NCBI RefSeq assembly: GCF_000017945.1
Contig: NC_009776.1
Coordinates: forward strand, 600,001-632,000
Direction of reading: 5' to 3'
Source: Ignicoccus hospitalis KIN4/I
GTDB taxonomy: Archaea > Thermoproteota > Thermoprotei_A > Sulfolobales > Ignicoccaceae
DNA: 32,000 nt
A model generated the notes under the pieces. The model did no database searches, was not told the origin of the DNA, and was given only the letters and a program-made list of their open reading frames with translations. The first letter of the stretch is position 1, and each line of letters begins with the position of its first letter. A program made the translations under genes and the position numbers. Positions 21,184-32,000 of this stretch are shown here, one piece after another.

Positions 21184-23928
21184 TTATTTGTTCAAGAACG
21201 CCATCAACTTGGTCGTCCCGCTCAATGAAGCCGCGTCCAAGCTGAACGCCTTCAGTATCTGTCCTAGCGTGGACTCTATCGCTTCGTAGTACTTCTCCAC
21301 GTCGACCTCCGGTAGCTTGGCCAGCTGCACGGGCTTCACGCCTTCTGCGCCCTTCACCTTAACGAAGGATACCACGTCACCTTGGTTGACGTGTATGCCG
21401 AACTTGGCTAGCATCTTCGCCGCCTTCACGTGCTGCGGCATGTTCTTAGTGTAAGACTCTATGGGCTTAGTAAGTTGCATGTGGAACGCCAACTCGTCCA
21501 AGTCGTAGTACTGCCTCTTGAGGTTCATATACAACTCTTTCACTAAGTTCTTGACTTCTTCGCGCGTCTTCACTACCTCTTCCGGGCTCTGGGAGTTCCT
21601 GATCATTTCTATCATTTTTATGAACGCCTCTTTGACGAACTGCGGGGTATTCCTCTTCTTCCCCAACAACCCCTTGACGTCTATCTCCCCTCCCGGGTAC
21701 ACACCTATGTAGTTCTTCTTTAGACCTGTGAACGCTACGAACCTATAGGTCTTATCTATTTCTATTTCTAAGCCGAAGTTGTTCTTGACCCACTCTATGA
21801 TGTCGTCTAACAAGTTCTGCGGAGGGTCCCAAAGGAACATCGAGTCGGTATCTCCGTATAGAACGGCGATCTTGTTTTTCTTAGCATAATCCATAGTACT
21901 CTTTATGGCGAACCTCCCGTAAGCGGTGATGCTCTCGGCCGCCGGAGGGCAGTAAAGCTCGAAGCTCTCCGCGCCCAAGACGCCGTAGGACGCGTTTATG
22001 TATACCTTCATTGCTGACTGAACGGTGTCGTACCACATTTTCATCTTGTCGTCCAAGCTTTTGTCCTTCGCTTTTTTCTTGTATATTTTAACTCTGTAAT
22101 CTCTTAACAACCCGACTATCTGGGAGGTTATGCCCTCGACGTCCTTGCATATCCTGTGCCCCACCTCCGGAACCTCGTAGTAGTTCTTACACTTCGGGGC
22201 GTTCACCGTCTCGTAACTTATGTTATATTGCTTAATTATGGTTGGATACAGCGACGCGAAGTCCAATACAACTACATTGAAGAATATACCGGCGCTGGGC
22301 TCGAAGACGAAGGCTCCTTGGTAGCTCTTCCCCTTTATTATCGCCGAACTCTTCACGGTCCCTTTCATCGAAATTATATCCTCTTTGTTAGGGATGAGGT
22401 ACTTCCTCCTGCGGTGCTCCCAGAAGAACAAGTTCTTGATCCACGCGGACACTTGCTTCCTAGTTAGGTCTTCTATCCCGAGCTTGGAAATTCGGGCTAT
22501 CAGTACCATCAACTTCCACGGCAAGTAGTCGTTAAAGGTGAAGAGTTTCAGCGTGAGGTTGGCGTCGCGGAAGTTGTAATGGGCCAGCTCGTAATAGTTA
22601 AGCTCGCTTATCGACTTGGTCAGTTGGACCTTGTGCTCGCCGAGGAGCGCGCCCGCGACGGCGTCCAAGTTAACTTCCTTATACTTGTTCCCGAATGCGT
22701 AGGTCTTTATCGCCGCTATGTCGTAGAAGCGGTAGAGGTCTATGTGTATTCCGTGTTTTATCTCGAACTTGTCAGAACCCTTCTTAAATATTATCATCTC
22801 CTTGGGTATTCCGAGCTTGAGCGCCCTGTTGTAAAGGTAGGCGAGGTCGAAGTTGTCGCCGTTGTAAGTGAGCAGTACCGGGTAATCCCTTATAATTCTC
22901 ATAACCTCTATCAACATACTTTTCTCAGAGTCGTAGAACTCCACCTCGTAGTCCTCTTCGGCGAGCTCCTTGAGCTGATCTTCGGTGAGCTTAAGGTTTT
23001 CTCTAATTAGTACGAGGACTTTCTTAAGGCCGTCGTTAGAGGAGAGGGCCACCGAGATGACCGGGTACTGAGCGGTCTCGGGGTCCGGTATCCTGCCTAT
23101 GGCGGGCGTAAACACCTCTATGTCTATTGCTATCGCTTTGACCGTCGGAGGCGGGGCCTCGAAGATGGGTATCCAAGATATGGCTAGGCGCTTGAACTCG
23201 TCGCTCTCCTCCTCGAAGGCCTTTAATACCTTCTCCACTTCTCCCTCGCTGACCTTGTAAGGAACGGGGAAGAGCTTGTTATTCTTAATTTTGTACTTCA
23301 AGGTGGGGACTAGGCCTATGTCGTAAGTGTAGTTGTCGTGGTACTTTATCTTGGCCTCCCAAGCCTTGGGCACCTTCTCCCTGAGTTCCCTCACCGCCAG
23401 GGGGTCTGTCGTGTAGATCTTCGTCAACTTCCTATTCTCAAAATGGAGTAAGTCGTAGCGGTAGACCACCTCCATCCCCGCGAAGTTCTGGTGCTTGTGC
23501 AGCCCCAGCTTCCTGATCTCCTCTGGGGTCAAGTTGGTTAGGAAGTACGGCTTGTGACCGAAGGCATCTACCCACTCCACGACCTCGTGGCGTTCCTCGT
23601 CATATAACAAGAGGACAGCCTTGTTCCTCTTACCGTCGTAGACCACTTGCAGTAGGTAGTACTCGCCGTCCCCGGCCTCCCGTCTAGGCTGCGCCAGCGC
23701 CGCGTACCTCCGGTCTCCGGAGTTGACGAACTTCTGGAACTGTGGATCTACCTTCTTCGAGACGATTAGATTGACTATCTTGTTTTCTATCTTCTCCGCG
23801 CCCTCAAGGGGCCTCTTCGGAGCCTTCTCCTCTACTGGCTTGGGGGCCTTTAAGGCCTTAGACCCGTCGTTGGCTTGTTTCTGCTTGAGGAAGTCTAGGA
23901 GCGTCGGTCCCCTTCGGGGTTTCTTCAC
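21184..23928 (-). CDS. polB: Family B DNA polymerase (PolB1/Dpo1-like replicative polymerase)
   Basis: 914 aa with a GTG start. Exonuclease motifs: IAIDIEV and YNGDNFDLAYL. Polymerase motifs: A (DFASLYPTII) and C (LYGDTDS). There is no intein-sized insertion. Confidence 0.95.
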   Translation of the reverse strand: MKKPRRGPTLLDFLKQKQANDGSKALKAPKPVEEKAPKRPLEGAEKIENKIVNLIVSKKVDPQFQKFVNSGDRRYAALAQPRREAGDGEYYLLQVVYDGKRNKAVLLLYDEERHEVVEWVDAFGHKPYFLTNLTPEEIRKLGLHKHQNFAGMEVVYRYDLLHFENRKLTKIYTTDPLAVRELREKVPKAWEAKIKYHDNYTYDIGLVPTLKYKIKNNKLFPVPYKVSEGEVEKVLKAFEEESDEFKRLAISWIPIFEAPPPTVKAIAIDIEVFTPAIGRIPDPETAQYPVISVALSSNDGLKKVLVLIRENLKLTEDQLKELAEEDYEVEFYDSEKSMLIEVMRIIRDYPVLLTYNGDNFDLAYLYNRALKLGIPKEMIIFKKGSDKFEIKHGIHIDLYRFYDIAAIKTYAFGNKYKEVNLDAVAGALLGEHKVQLTKSISELNYYELAHYNFRDANLTLKLFTFNDYLPWKLMVLIARISKLGIEDLTRKQVSAWIKNLFFWEHRRRKYLIPNKEDIISMKGTVKSSAIIKGKSYQGAFVFEPSAGIFFNVVVLDFASLYPTIIKQYNISYETVNAPKCKNYYEVPEVGHRICKDVEGITSQIVGLLRDYRVKIYKKKAKDKSLDDKMKMWYDTVQSAMKVYINASYGVLGAESFELYCPPAAESITAYGRFAIKSTMDYAKKNKIAVLYGDTDSMFLWDPPQNLLDDIIEWVKNNFGLEIEIDKTYRFVAFTGLKKNYIGVYPGGEIDVKGLLGKKRNTPQFVKEAFIKMIEMIRNSQSPEEVVKTREEVKNLVKELYMNLKRQYYDLDELAFHMQLTKPIESYTKNMPQHVKAAKMLAKFGIHVNQGDVVSFVKVKGAEGVKPVQLAKLPEVDVEKYYEAIESTLGQILKAFSLDAASLSGTTKLMAFLNK

Positions 23929-24001
23929 TACTTTAGCCCCGGCCTAGCCTTAGGGGGGAGATGGGTTGATAAGCCCGCGGTACTCCCGAGGGCTCTAAGC
24001 C

Positions 24002-25054
24002 TCAACGCTTTTTAAAGAACATGTCCAACGTGCTCTGCTTAGTGCTGAGCTTTTCCTTCCAGGCCTTCATTAAGCGCTCTATCGCCTTTCTCACGCGCTC
24101 CTCGTTGAAGTCGTGTTCGTACACTAGGATTTCAATTATCTTTTGGGGGTCGGGCCTCCTCCACACGAGCTCGTAGTCGTCGGTCACCTGGGGGTTCAAG
24201 AAGAAATTATACGCCTCCAAGTACAACTCCTTGTCATCGACGCCTAGGGCAGTAAGCACCCTCTCTAAGTCACCATAGCTCTTCACGTACCTTAAGGCGG
24301 TCTTCGGCCCGACGCCCTTCACCCCGGGCGTGTAGTCGGTCCCTATCAAGACGGCTATTGCAACGAGCTGCTCTCGGGTTATGCCCAACTCCTCCAGCAC
24401 ACACTTCAAAGTTATTTCCTCGGGCTTCACTTCGACGTACACGTTCTTGTTAGGGAGCTTCCTGCGCCCACTCACGGCCAAGTTCCTAACCAAGCGAGGA
24501 GAGCCGAAGAGCAAGGAGTCGTAATCTTGACTAGCAGACGCCCAGACGTCTCCCTTAGCGGCCATGTAGGCCGCTTGGGCCTCTCCCTCGCTGGGGGCTT
24601 GTACCCACGGGACCCCCATAGCCTCGAGCAACCTCTTAGCTTCTTCTACCATCTCCTTCGTCAGCTTTGCGCTCATCTGGGCGTACTTCCTAGCTTCCTC
24701 GACGTCCCCCCTCCTAACTGCCTCCTCGTACTTCTTCTCGGCCTCTTGCTTGAGTTTCTGCCTCCTCTCTATCTCGCGCGTCTTGAGCTTGGGAGGGGCG
24801 CCGTCGAAGACGTAGGCTACCTTTATTCCGTTTTCCAACATGTTGATTGTTCTGTAGAAAAGTCCGGAGAGGTGGCTGGTCACGCGCCCTTTGGAGTCCA
24901 TGAGGGGCCTGCCGTCTTCGCCCCTTATGGCAGCTAAGAACTGATACAAGGTGTTGTAAGCGTCGAGGGCCACGCTCTTGTTCGACAAGGACTTTAGCTC
25001 TAAGGTCTTCTTGCACTTGCTGGGGATGAGTTCCCTTAGGGCTGTAACGCCCAA
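24002..25054 (-). CDS. fen: Flap endonuclease 1
   Basis: 350 aa with a TTG start giving [15 protein letters not shown] and XPG-I blocks are present, along with a C-terminal PIP box QSTLDMFF (24014-24037). Confidence 0.95.
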   Translation of the reverse strand: MGVTALRELIPSKCKKTLELKSLSNKSVALDAYNTLYQFLAAIRGEDGRPLMDSKGRVTSHLSGLFYRTINMLENGIKVAYVFDGAPPKLKTREIERRQKLKQEAEKKYEEAVRRGDVEEARKYAQMSAKLTKEMVEEAKRLLEAMGVPWVQAPSEGEAQAAYMAAKGDVWASASQDYDSLLFGSPRLVRNLAVSGRRKLPNKNVYVEVKPEEITLKCVLEELGITREQLVAIAVLIGTDYTPGVKGVGPKTALRYVKSYGDLERVLTALGVDDKELYLEAYNFFLNPQVTDDYELVWRRPDPQKIIEILVYEHDFNEERVRKAIERLMKAWKEKLSTKQSTLDMFFKKR

Positions 25055-25089
25055 GACACTTCCCTAAGCGATTTCGACGACGAGAGGGT

Positions 25090-25386
25090 TTATCGCTCGT
25101 TCTGGATAAGGGCTACGCTCAGTCGGCTCACGTCTTCTCCATTACTCATAGTCTTGACTAGGCCGTTGAGCTCTAAAATCATTACGGCTTTAACCACGTC
25201 TCTCAAACTGACGTCGGTATTCTTGTAACTCATGTCGCTTTTTATTGCTTCCAAGATCTCTTCAACAGTAAAGTAGATCTCCTTGCCGCCCCCTTGTAGT
25301 ATGGTAAGGGTCTTGAGTATGTTGTACACGGAAAGGTAAAGCGGTCTGGATTTCCAAACGCTCTGACCCTTCCTCATCGAGCCCAC
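25090..25386 (-). CDS. Small hypothetical protein, winged-helix-like, coupled to cdc48
   Basis: 98 aa. Its GTG start is 1 nt after the cdc48 TGA. Predicted pattern of helices and wing: LYLSVYNILKTL / FTVEEILEAIK / VSLRDVVKAVMILELNGLV / KTMSNGEDVSRLSVAL. I recognise no family. Confidence 0.5.
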   Translation of the reverse strand: MGSMRKGQSVWKSRPLYLSVYNILKTLTILQGGGKEIYFTVEEILEAIKSDMSYKNTDVSLRDVVKAVMILELNGLVKTMSNGEDVSRLSVALIQNER

Positions 25387-25387
25387 C

Positions 25388-27595
<2,208 letters not shown>

Positions 27596-28054
27596 CTATG
27601 ACCCTTCCGCAGTCCTATTCGAGGTTTTTAGGTCAACACCCCCGACCTTCAAGATACAGCCCTTCCCTTCGGTAAACCGGAGGAGGACCTCGTCCCCGTC
27701 CCGCAGCCCGAGGGGGCCGGTTTTGTCGACTAAGGGGAGCTTGGCCATAACGCACCCGGCGACCGCTATCGGGTCCGCCTCGCCCTCAACGACTATCGCG
27801 AGGGGGGCGTTGTTGTAATACCTCAAGGCGTAGATTACGTAGGAGCCTACCGTGGACCCTCTGACCCCCTTAACGACCAGCACTTTGTTTTTGATCGACC
27901 TCCCGTCGTAAAGCGTCCCCTTTAGAGGGTCCACCTCGCCCAAGAAGCTTAAGGGGTGCTCCACCTTTACTACGACGCCTACGACGTCTCCTCCCCCTAC
28001 TAGCGCGCGGCCGCACGCTAGGCGCTTGCTACGTCCCTCAACCTCACCAACCAT
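27596..28054 (-). CDS. Aconitase X swivel-domain protein (DUF126), putative small subunit of phosphomevalonate dehydratase
   Basis: 152 aa. PLSFLGEVDPLKGTL, GVRGSTVGSYVIYALRYYNNAPLAIV and PIAVAGCVMAKLPLVD match the DUF126 pattern. It overlaps the upstream gene by 37 nt. Confidence 0.75.
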   Translation of the reverse strand: MVGEVEGRSKRLACGRALVGGGDVVGVVVKVEHPLSFLGEVDPLKGTLYDGRSIKNKVLVVKGVRGSTVGSYVIYALRYYNNAPLAIVVEGEADPIAVAGCVMAKLPLVDKTGPLGLRDGDEVLLRFTEGKGCILKVGGVDLKTSNRTAEGS

Positions 28055-29163
28055 ACGTCCAACCCCCTCCTCTTCAAGTAGAAATAAGTCTTAGCGCTGG
28101 TGGTCGCCACCTTCCTTATCCCCATTTTGTCTATAGGCGAAACGACCAAACACGTACCTCTGACGAACTTAACTCCCTTCTTGGATAGGCTCTTGATCAC
28201 GTCGTTGGCCCTCTCGTAAAGCCTAGGAGCCACGGCGACCCAAACCTCTTTTTCCACTTTTTCCTTTATCAAGTTGTCCAACTCGACCAATTCCTTTAAG
28301 GAGGCGTGGGGGCAGCCGTGGAACACGAGGTCCGCGTCCTCTACGCTGCCGAACATGTGCTCCACATCCTCGCGCCCGATCTCGACCTTCTCCTCCTCGC
28401 CCAAGAGGTAGGTCTTGGGAGGGGTCACCCCTTCTATTACCATCATCGCCAAGCCGCCGGAGGCCGCGGAGGCCGCGAGCATGTACTTTAGGTGATCTCG
28501 CGGGGGCGGCGGGACCTCGAGGCGCGGTATGCCTTGTCCTATCCTCTCGCCTATAGCGTAGCCCACCGCGGACCACTCCGCCGCGTCCGTCGGTCGGAAA
28601 CCTAACCTTATGCGGGAGTCGGTCCTCCTGTTCTCGAGCACTTGGAGCCCGGCCTCGTATATCTTCCCGGCGATGGCCGCTGCCACGGCGACCGGGCCTC
28701 CCTCCCTATTAGTGAAGGCGCCCAGTACGGTGTTAGCGTAGATGACCGCGCTGCTCTCCCCCCAAGCGAGCCTTTCAAAGGGCTTGGGCTCCCTCAAGTA
28801 GTACGGCGTACACGTCAGCGAGGTGTCGAATCCCATCTTTTCAAAGGCTTCCAGTATTCTTATTTGACCTTTAACGAAGTTCTCGTCTACCTTTATGATG
28901 TCGGAGTATGGGTCAAAGCCTATTGGGTTGACCGTAGAATAGACGCTAACCTTGGCTCCGCCCTTCACGAGGCTCTCAAGCCAGTGGACGCCGGGCTCGC
29001 CTATAGTGGCGTAGCTGACCCCGGAGGCGTGGGCGTGGGATATGGGGACCAACCTCTCCGCGCCCAGGACCTCCCCCACCTTGACGAGTATCCTCATAGC
29101 TTGGGACAAGGCCTCGCCATACTCCCCCGAGAGGGCCCTCTCTTCCTCTTTTGTGAGCATCAT
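28018..29163 (-). CDS. Aconitase X catalytic-domain protein (DUF521), putative large subunit of phosphomevalonate dehydratase
   Basis: 381 aa. LSGEYGEALSQAMRILVKVGEVLGAERLVPISHAHASG is the typical DUF521 N-terminus. It is paired with DUF126 downstream. Its ATG overlaps the tpiA stop (ATGA). Confidence 0.75.
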   Translation of the reverse strand: MMLTKEEERALSGEYGEALSQAMRILVKVGEVLGAERLVPISHAHASGVSYATIGEPGVHWLESLVKGGAKVSVYSTVNPIGFDPYSDIIKVDENFVKGQIRILEAFEKMGFDTSLTCTPYYLREPKPFERLAWGESSAVIYANTVLGAFTNREGGPVAVAAAIAGKIYEAGLQVLENRRTDSRIRLGFRPTDAAEWSAVGYAIGERIGQGIPRLEVPPPPRDHLKYMLAASAASGGLAMMVIEGVTPPKTYLLGEEEKVEIGREDVEHMFGSVEDADLVFHGCPHASLKELVELDNLIKEKVEKEVWVAVAPRLYERANDVIKSLSKKGVKFVRGTCLVVSPIDKMGIRKVATTSAKTYFYLKRRGLDVWLVRLRDVASA

Positions 29164-29828
29164 CTTACCATTGCCTCCGCGAACTCCTTAAGTTTTACGT
29201 ATGGATCGTCAGCCTTCACTACGGCTGAAGCGACCAAGACTCCATCAGCACCTAGCTCGATGGCCTTTCTGACGTCCTCGCCGCTGGAGATCCCGGCCCC
29301 CACTAGGACCGGGCCCGCGAAGCCGGTCCCCTTAACGGCTCTTACCGTCTCCACCACCGTCTCCGGCCTCGCGCGCGAGACCGAGACCCCGGTGCCTATC
29401 AGTTCCGGAGGCTCCATCGCTATCATTGAAGGCCTCAGGGCGGCGACCGCGGCCGCAGTGTTAGGGGTGGGGGCGCACACCAAGCTCTCTTTTCCCGCAC
29501 GCCTTAACTTAGAGACCACGAGCTCTATCTCGTCAAGCCTCATCCTCTTCTCGCTGTGATTAATTATGCTTCCATCTATTATCTCCTTTATGCCCTCTAA
29601 TATGACGGAACCCGTGTGGGCCCCAGGCTCCACTGGGTCTAGGTGTTGAGCGTATACCTTAGTAACTTCAACAATGTCCTTCACTTCCTTCAGCTCTGTA
29701 TGAGGGGGCGCTATTATCGTAGTAATCGAGTATTCCTTGGCTACCTTGTCTATAGCCCTAGCTAACCTCAGTAGACGTGCGCCGAAGGAATATGGGTAAT
29801 ATACCTTCGCGTTGACGGCCAGTATCAT
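29160..29828 (-). CDS. tpiA: Triosephosphate isomerase (short archaeal type)
   Basis: 222 aa with an ATG start. Archaeal TIM blocks are present: IINHSEKR, VCAP, IAMEPPELIGTG and VGAGISSGEDV. Confidence 0.9.
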   Translation of the reverse strand: MILAVNAKVYYPYSFGARLLRLARAIDKVAKEYSITTIIAPPHTELKEVKDIVEVTKVYAQHLDPVEPGAHTGSVILEGIKEIIDGSIINHSEKRMRLDEIELVVSKLRRAGKESLVCAPTPNTAAAVAALRPSMIAMEPPELIGTGVSVSRARPETVVETVRAVKGTGFAGPVLVGAGISSGEDVRKAIELGADGVLVASAVVKADDPYVKLKEFAEAMVR

Positions 29829-29844
29829 TCATACCTACCCCTTC

Positions 29845-30540
29845 TTAAGATGTGTACAGCACTTTAACCTCAGCTTCCCCCTTTGTCATCTTCGCGAGCT
29901 TATCCATTATCTCGCCTTGCAAACCGGCCGGTATCTCTATTTCAGCGACCAAGCTTCCGTCCGACTTCCAATCCATCGACTTGATCTCCCCTAGCTTCTT
30001 GAGTTCAGAGTAAGCGCGGCCCGAGTACTTGGGAGGTATTTTAACTTGAATAATGGCCTTCGCTATCTTGATTGGAATTATTCTAGATATGGCCCTGACT
30101 ATCTGCATAGCTTGTTCTTCCACGCTCTTGTAGGGGTCTACGCCGACCTTGGCCCTCTCCATGGCCGCCTCTATCCTCGCCGGAGGAATCGGGAGTTTGG
30201 TCTGGGGATCTATCGCGTTCTTGGCAATGTAGTTAATTATTTGACGTTTCTTCTGCTCTATAATTTTCCTCCTCTGTTCGGCCGTGAGCTGTATCTCGCC
30301 TTTAGTGATTATCTCTAAAGCAACCTTCTTCACGTCGTCCGTTCCAAACACCTTCTTTAAAGTCTCTGGGGAGACTCTGTCGCCGCTGCCCACGTCCTTG
30401 TATATCGTATCAGCAATTAGAACCTCTTCTATCGGTATTTGCTTACCGGACTTGAGTTCTAGAGCTTTATCGGGGTCCACCAAGATTTCGAACTTGTGGC
30501 CCTTGTACTCGTACCGGGCGACCACGTAATTACGCTTCAA
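29845..30540 (-). CDS. sdo1: SBDS-family ribosome maturation protein (Sdo1 orthologue)
   Basis: 231 aa with a TTG start. The N-terminal FYSH domain reads ARYEYKGHKFEILVDPDKALELKSGK, and the three-domain length is typical. Confidence 0.9.
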   Translation of the reverse strand: MKRNYVVARYEYKGHKFEILVDPDKALELKSGKQIPIEEVLIADTIYKDVGSGDRVSPETLKKVFGTDDVKKVALEIITKGEIQLTAEQRRKIIEQKKRQIINYIAKNAIDPQTKLPIPPARIEAAMERAKVGVDPYKSVEEQAMQIVRAISRIIPIKIAKAIIQVKIPPKYSGRAYSELKKLGEIKSMDWKSDGSLVAEIEIPAGLQGEIMDKLAKMTKGEAEVKVLYTS

Positions 30541-31588
30541 GAGGTCTTCCCTCTCTTACCCTCGCCGAGCGGAATTGAAGTTTAGCCCTCTTCGGCAGCC
30601 CGATCCTGCCTACTTGGATCCCCTTTTTAACCATCAAACCTTTAGCCTCGAAGTCTAAGTTCCACATGTAGTATGGTCTCCTCTTATCGTTGAGTTCTAG
30701 AATGCCCTCTATTATTTTCATTATTTTAATTTCCCTAGACTCGCCGGATCGTAACACTCTGGAAGCGTCAAAATGCGTTTGGTAAACGTTTATACAAGGG
30801 TAGAACTTACCGTCCGCGCTCAACCTCAGTCGCGTGCACCCCGCGCAGAAGTAAGGGTTGCCGACGGGCTCTATCAGCTCGACGAAGTTCTTGCCCAAGT
30901 AATACCTAGGCCTATTGTGTAGTTCTCTGACTTCCTTTTTATCAGCAACCTCCTCGAGCCACTTCTTCAACCGCTCTATGGGCTCTCTTGAGTGGCGCTC
31001 GCGGAATATGTGGGCCCCGTTGCCTACTGGGTGCAACTCGATCACGTGAACGGAGGCTCCCTTTCCTATGGCGTACTTCACTATCTCTTCCACCTCGTCC
31101 TCGTTTATCCCCCTCAAAACGACCACATTTACCCTGACCTCTATGCCGTTTTCTAAAGCCTTTTCTATCCCGTTCAACACGCGGTTAAGGGCGTCGACGC
31201 CCGTTATCCTTCTAAATCGCTGCCTCTTGAGGCTGTGTAAACTAACGTTTATCCAACTCACGCCGGCCTCCTTGAGGCCCTCTGTCCTCTCCGGCAGCAA
31301 GAAGCCGTTGGTAGTGATGGATATCTCCTCGAACCCGTGTTCTTTAAATGAATGAATTATTTCTTCTAGGTCGCTTCGGAGCAACGGCTCGCCCCCGGTG
31401 AACTTGACGTACTTTAATCCGAGCCTCGAGGTGGCTTCCGCTATCATGTCGTAATCGTTGACGGAGAGCTCGTCAAACGAGCCTCTACCCGCGCCTTCGG
31501 AGTGGCAGAATATGCAATTGAAGTTACACCTCTCCGTAACGGACACCCTTAAGGTCGCCAGGCTTCTGCCGTAGGCGTCGCGGATCAT
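30530..31588 (-). CDS. moaA: GTP 3',8-cyclase MoaA (radical SAM, molybdenum cofactor biosynthesis)
   Basis: 352 aa with an ATG start. The radical SAM cluster is CNFNCIFC, FTGGEPLL is present, and the C-terminal auxiliary cluster is CAGCTRLRLSADGKFYPC. The last 11 nt overlap the SBDS start. Confidence 0.9.
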   Translation of the reverse strand: MIRDAYGRSLATLRVSVTERCNFNCIFCHSEGAGRGSFDELSVNDYDMIAEATSRLGLKYVKFTGGEPLLRSDLEEIIHSFKEHGFEEISITTNGFLLPERTEGLKEAGVSWINVSLHSLKRQRFRRITGVDALNRVLNGIEKALENGIEVRVNVVVLRGINEDEVEEIVKYAIGKGASVHVIELHPVGNGAHIFRERHSREPIERLKKWLEEVADKKEVRELHNRPRYYLGKNFVELIEPVGNPYFCAGCTRLRLSADGKFYPCINVYQTHFDASRVLRSGESREIKIMKIIEGILELNDKRRPYYMWNLDFEAKGLMVKKGIQVGRIGLPKRAKLQFRSARVREGRPLEA

Positions 31589-31625
31589 AGCCCGACATCT
31601 CTGGATCTCTAAAGCGACTAGAGCG

Positions 31626-32000
31626 TTAGAAACGTATTGCCGTTACCTCGAAGGCGGCAGCGACCAAGAGGTACAGTACTGATTTAACCAGATCCGGTTT
31701 CCTCCGCGTCGTCGCTAAAGCGTATGCATAGAGTTCCAGAAGCGTGTGGGCGCCGAGTACTACATTTAGGGGGTAACCTCGGGAGAGCGAGGAGCCTACG
31801 AGGGCCGTGTAGCTGACCGCGAAGCCGTAGTACCCCTTCCCCAAAAGGGCGCTCAATATCAGAATCAATATATTATGTTGGAAGATCCTCGCGATAGCCA
31901 AGAGGGGGTCCGAGCGCCTCGCAAAGTCAGCTATTTCCACTATTTCCCTTTTAATTGCGGAAGGGACGTCACACTTGAACAAAGAAACCAGCGCGACCGT
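31626..32000 (-). CDS. Partial CDS: DUF95/SpoIIM-like integral membrane protein (5' end probably beyond the window)
   Basis: The frame is still open at base 32000 (upstream codons read TVALVS). The TTG at 31982 is only the first in-window start. IFQHNILILILSALLG ... AHTLLELYAYALA resembles the DUF95 pattern. Confidence 0.5.
   Translation of the reverse strand, partial: TVALVSLFKCDVPSAIKREIVEIADFARRSDPLLAIARIFQHNILILILSALLGKGYYGFAVSYTALVGSSLSRGYPLNVVLGAHTLLELYAYALATTRRKPDLVKSVLYLLVAAAFEVTAIRF

Noticed and set aside
21184-23928. Possible intein or mobile insertion in PolB (and likewise in cdc48).
   Set aside because: The motifs Exo I-III, A and C occur at normal spacing, and no Cys/Ser...HN splice-junction-bounded insert or homing-endonuclease block was seen.

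Overview
Gene-dense (roughly 90% coding) archaeal chromosome segment from a hyperthermophilic crenarchaeon. No rRNA, tRNA, CRISPR array, transposase or integrase was found. The 310-aa class-III-signal-peptide protein at 2454-3386 matches my recollection of the published N-terminus of the Iho670 fibre protein of Ignicoccus hospitalis. The neighbouring genes fit an H2/S0 chemolithoautotroph; a BLAST is needed to confirm the organism. Left to right, the window holds: (1) a cell-surface module with a partial second prepilin-like gene (missing from the ORF track), a ~14-TM membrane protein and the fibre gene; (2) a flavoprotein trio (SQR-like, DUF1641, CoA-disulfide reductase/NADH-oxidase-like) downstream of hypF; (3) rps6e, aIF1A and rio1; (4) fused class I fumarate hydratase; (5) an incomplete A-type ATP synthase cluster (atpB, atpD, an unlisted 54-aa ORF, proteolipid c) with no atpA; (6) hemL-hemC; (7) an ASCH-HTH protein, a pyruvoyl decarboxylase (speH-like) and a short MqnA-like protein; (8) an orphan secreted protein rich in N-glycosylation sequons, and a creatininase-family hydrolase; (9) a long co-directional minus-strand array: DUF95 membrane protein, moaA, SBDS, tpiA, an AcnX-type dehydratase pair, cdc48, a small wHTH-like ORF, fen1 and polB. 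About two thirds of the start codons I checked by eye are TTG or GTG. The best candidates for something undescribed are the fibre-adjacent membrane/prepilin module, the orphan secreted protein, the cdc48-coupled small ORF and the 54-aa ATPase-cluster ORF. Functional calls rest on motif recognition by eye, not on database searches.
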